IMG/VR virus record: IMGVR_UViG_3300035208_008180
Source of the DNA: a virus
Taxonomy: Duplodnaviria > Caudoviricetes
Length of the DNA stretch: 64,000 nt
Reading direction: 5' to 3' (one strand)
Each line of letters begins with the position of its first letter. Positions within the stretch are counted from its first letter, which is position 1. A program made the position numbers and the translations under genes. The notes below the pieces were generated by a model. It made no database searches. It had not been told where the DNA came from and saw only the letters and a list, made by a program, of their open reading frames with translations. Below, one piece after another: positions 63,777-64,000 of the stretch.

Positions 63777-64000
63777 CAACGTAGTAAAGTTTTAATCGTT
63801 CTTCCTTATATATGAGTTATACGATAAATAATTCATAAAGTCAATACAATTTTTACAAATTATTTTCATCTTTTTTTGGGGCTATATTTATGTCCACCTG
63901 ATTATATTCATCTTCTATTTGAATCCCATTCATAGCCTCAAGTGTTTGTTTTGTTTTCTCAATTAATGACATGCCCCCCGCTGCTTTTGTGGCTTTCTCT

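Noticed and set aside
1-64000. Stop-codon reassignment
   Set aside because: Conserved genes are full-length in code 11, and TAA, TAG and TGA all occur as real stops.
1-64000. Retron or diversity-generating retroelement
   Set aside because: No reverse transcriptase motifs and no template/variable repeat pair were seen.

Overview
This is a gene-dense, AT-rich segment of a large T4-like (jumbo-type) dsDNA bacteriophage using the standard genetic code. Most genes lie on the minus strand behind sigma70-type promoters. They cover replication and recombination (gp32-like SSB, RecA/UvsX, Dda/RecD-like and Hel308-like helicases, endonuclease VII, the N-terminal half of a split DnaE) and nucleotide metabolism (ThyA, DHFR, dCMP deaminase, GuaC/IMPDH, DUF5664). 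The window also has five DNA methyltransferases (one paired with a Hpy188I-like GIY-YIG nuclease), a tmRNA, and host-like genes (PrkA-YeaH-SpoVR, HldE, HPr, mini-GluRS, PspC, SPFH, M28 peptidase). The most striking pattern is about 18 unrelated proteins, two-thirds on the plus strand, that begin with the same short tag, M-x(1-4)-[FY]-x-x-[WF]-[LIMVC]-E. It resembles the T4 internal-protein capsid-targeting sequence, and these genes are often preceded by an xTATATA/xTAAATA box 4-9 nt before the ATG. The tagged proteins include four ADP-ribosyltransferase-fold proteins, a tRNA nucleotidyltransferase, a separate CCA-type HD domain and a cysteine-hydrolase-like protein; an untagged PARG lies nearby. 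This suggests a packaged and injected enzyme payload, which is an inference. A promoter- and terminator-bounded structured RNA with a tRNA T-arm at about 42.4-42.6 kb remains unexplained. All family calls come from motif recognition by eye; no database searches were run.
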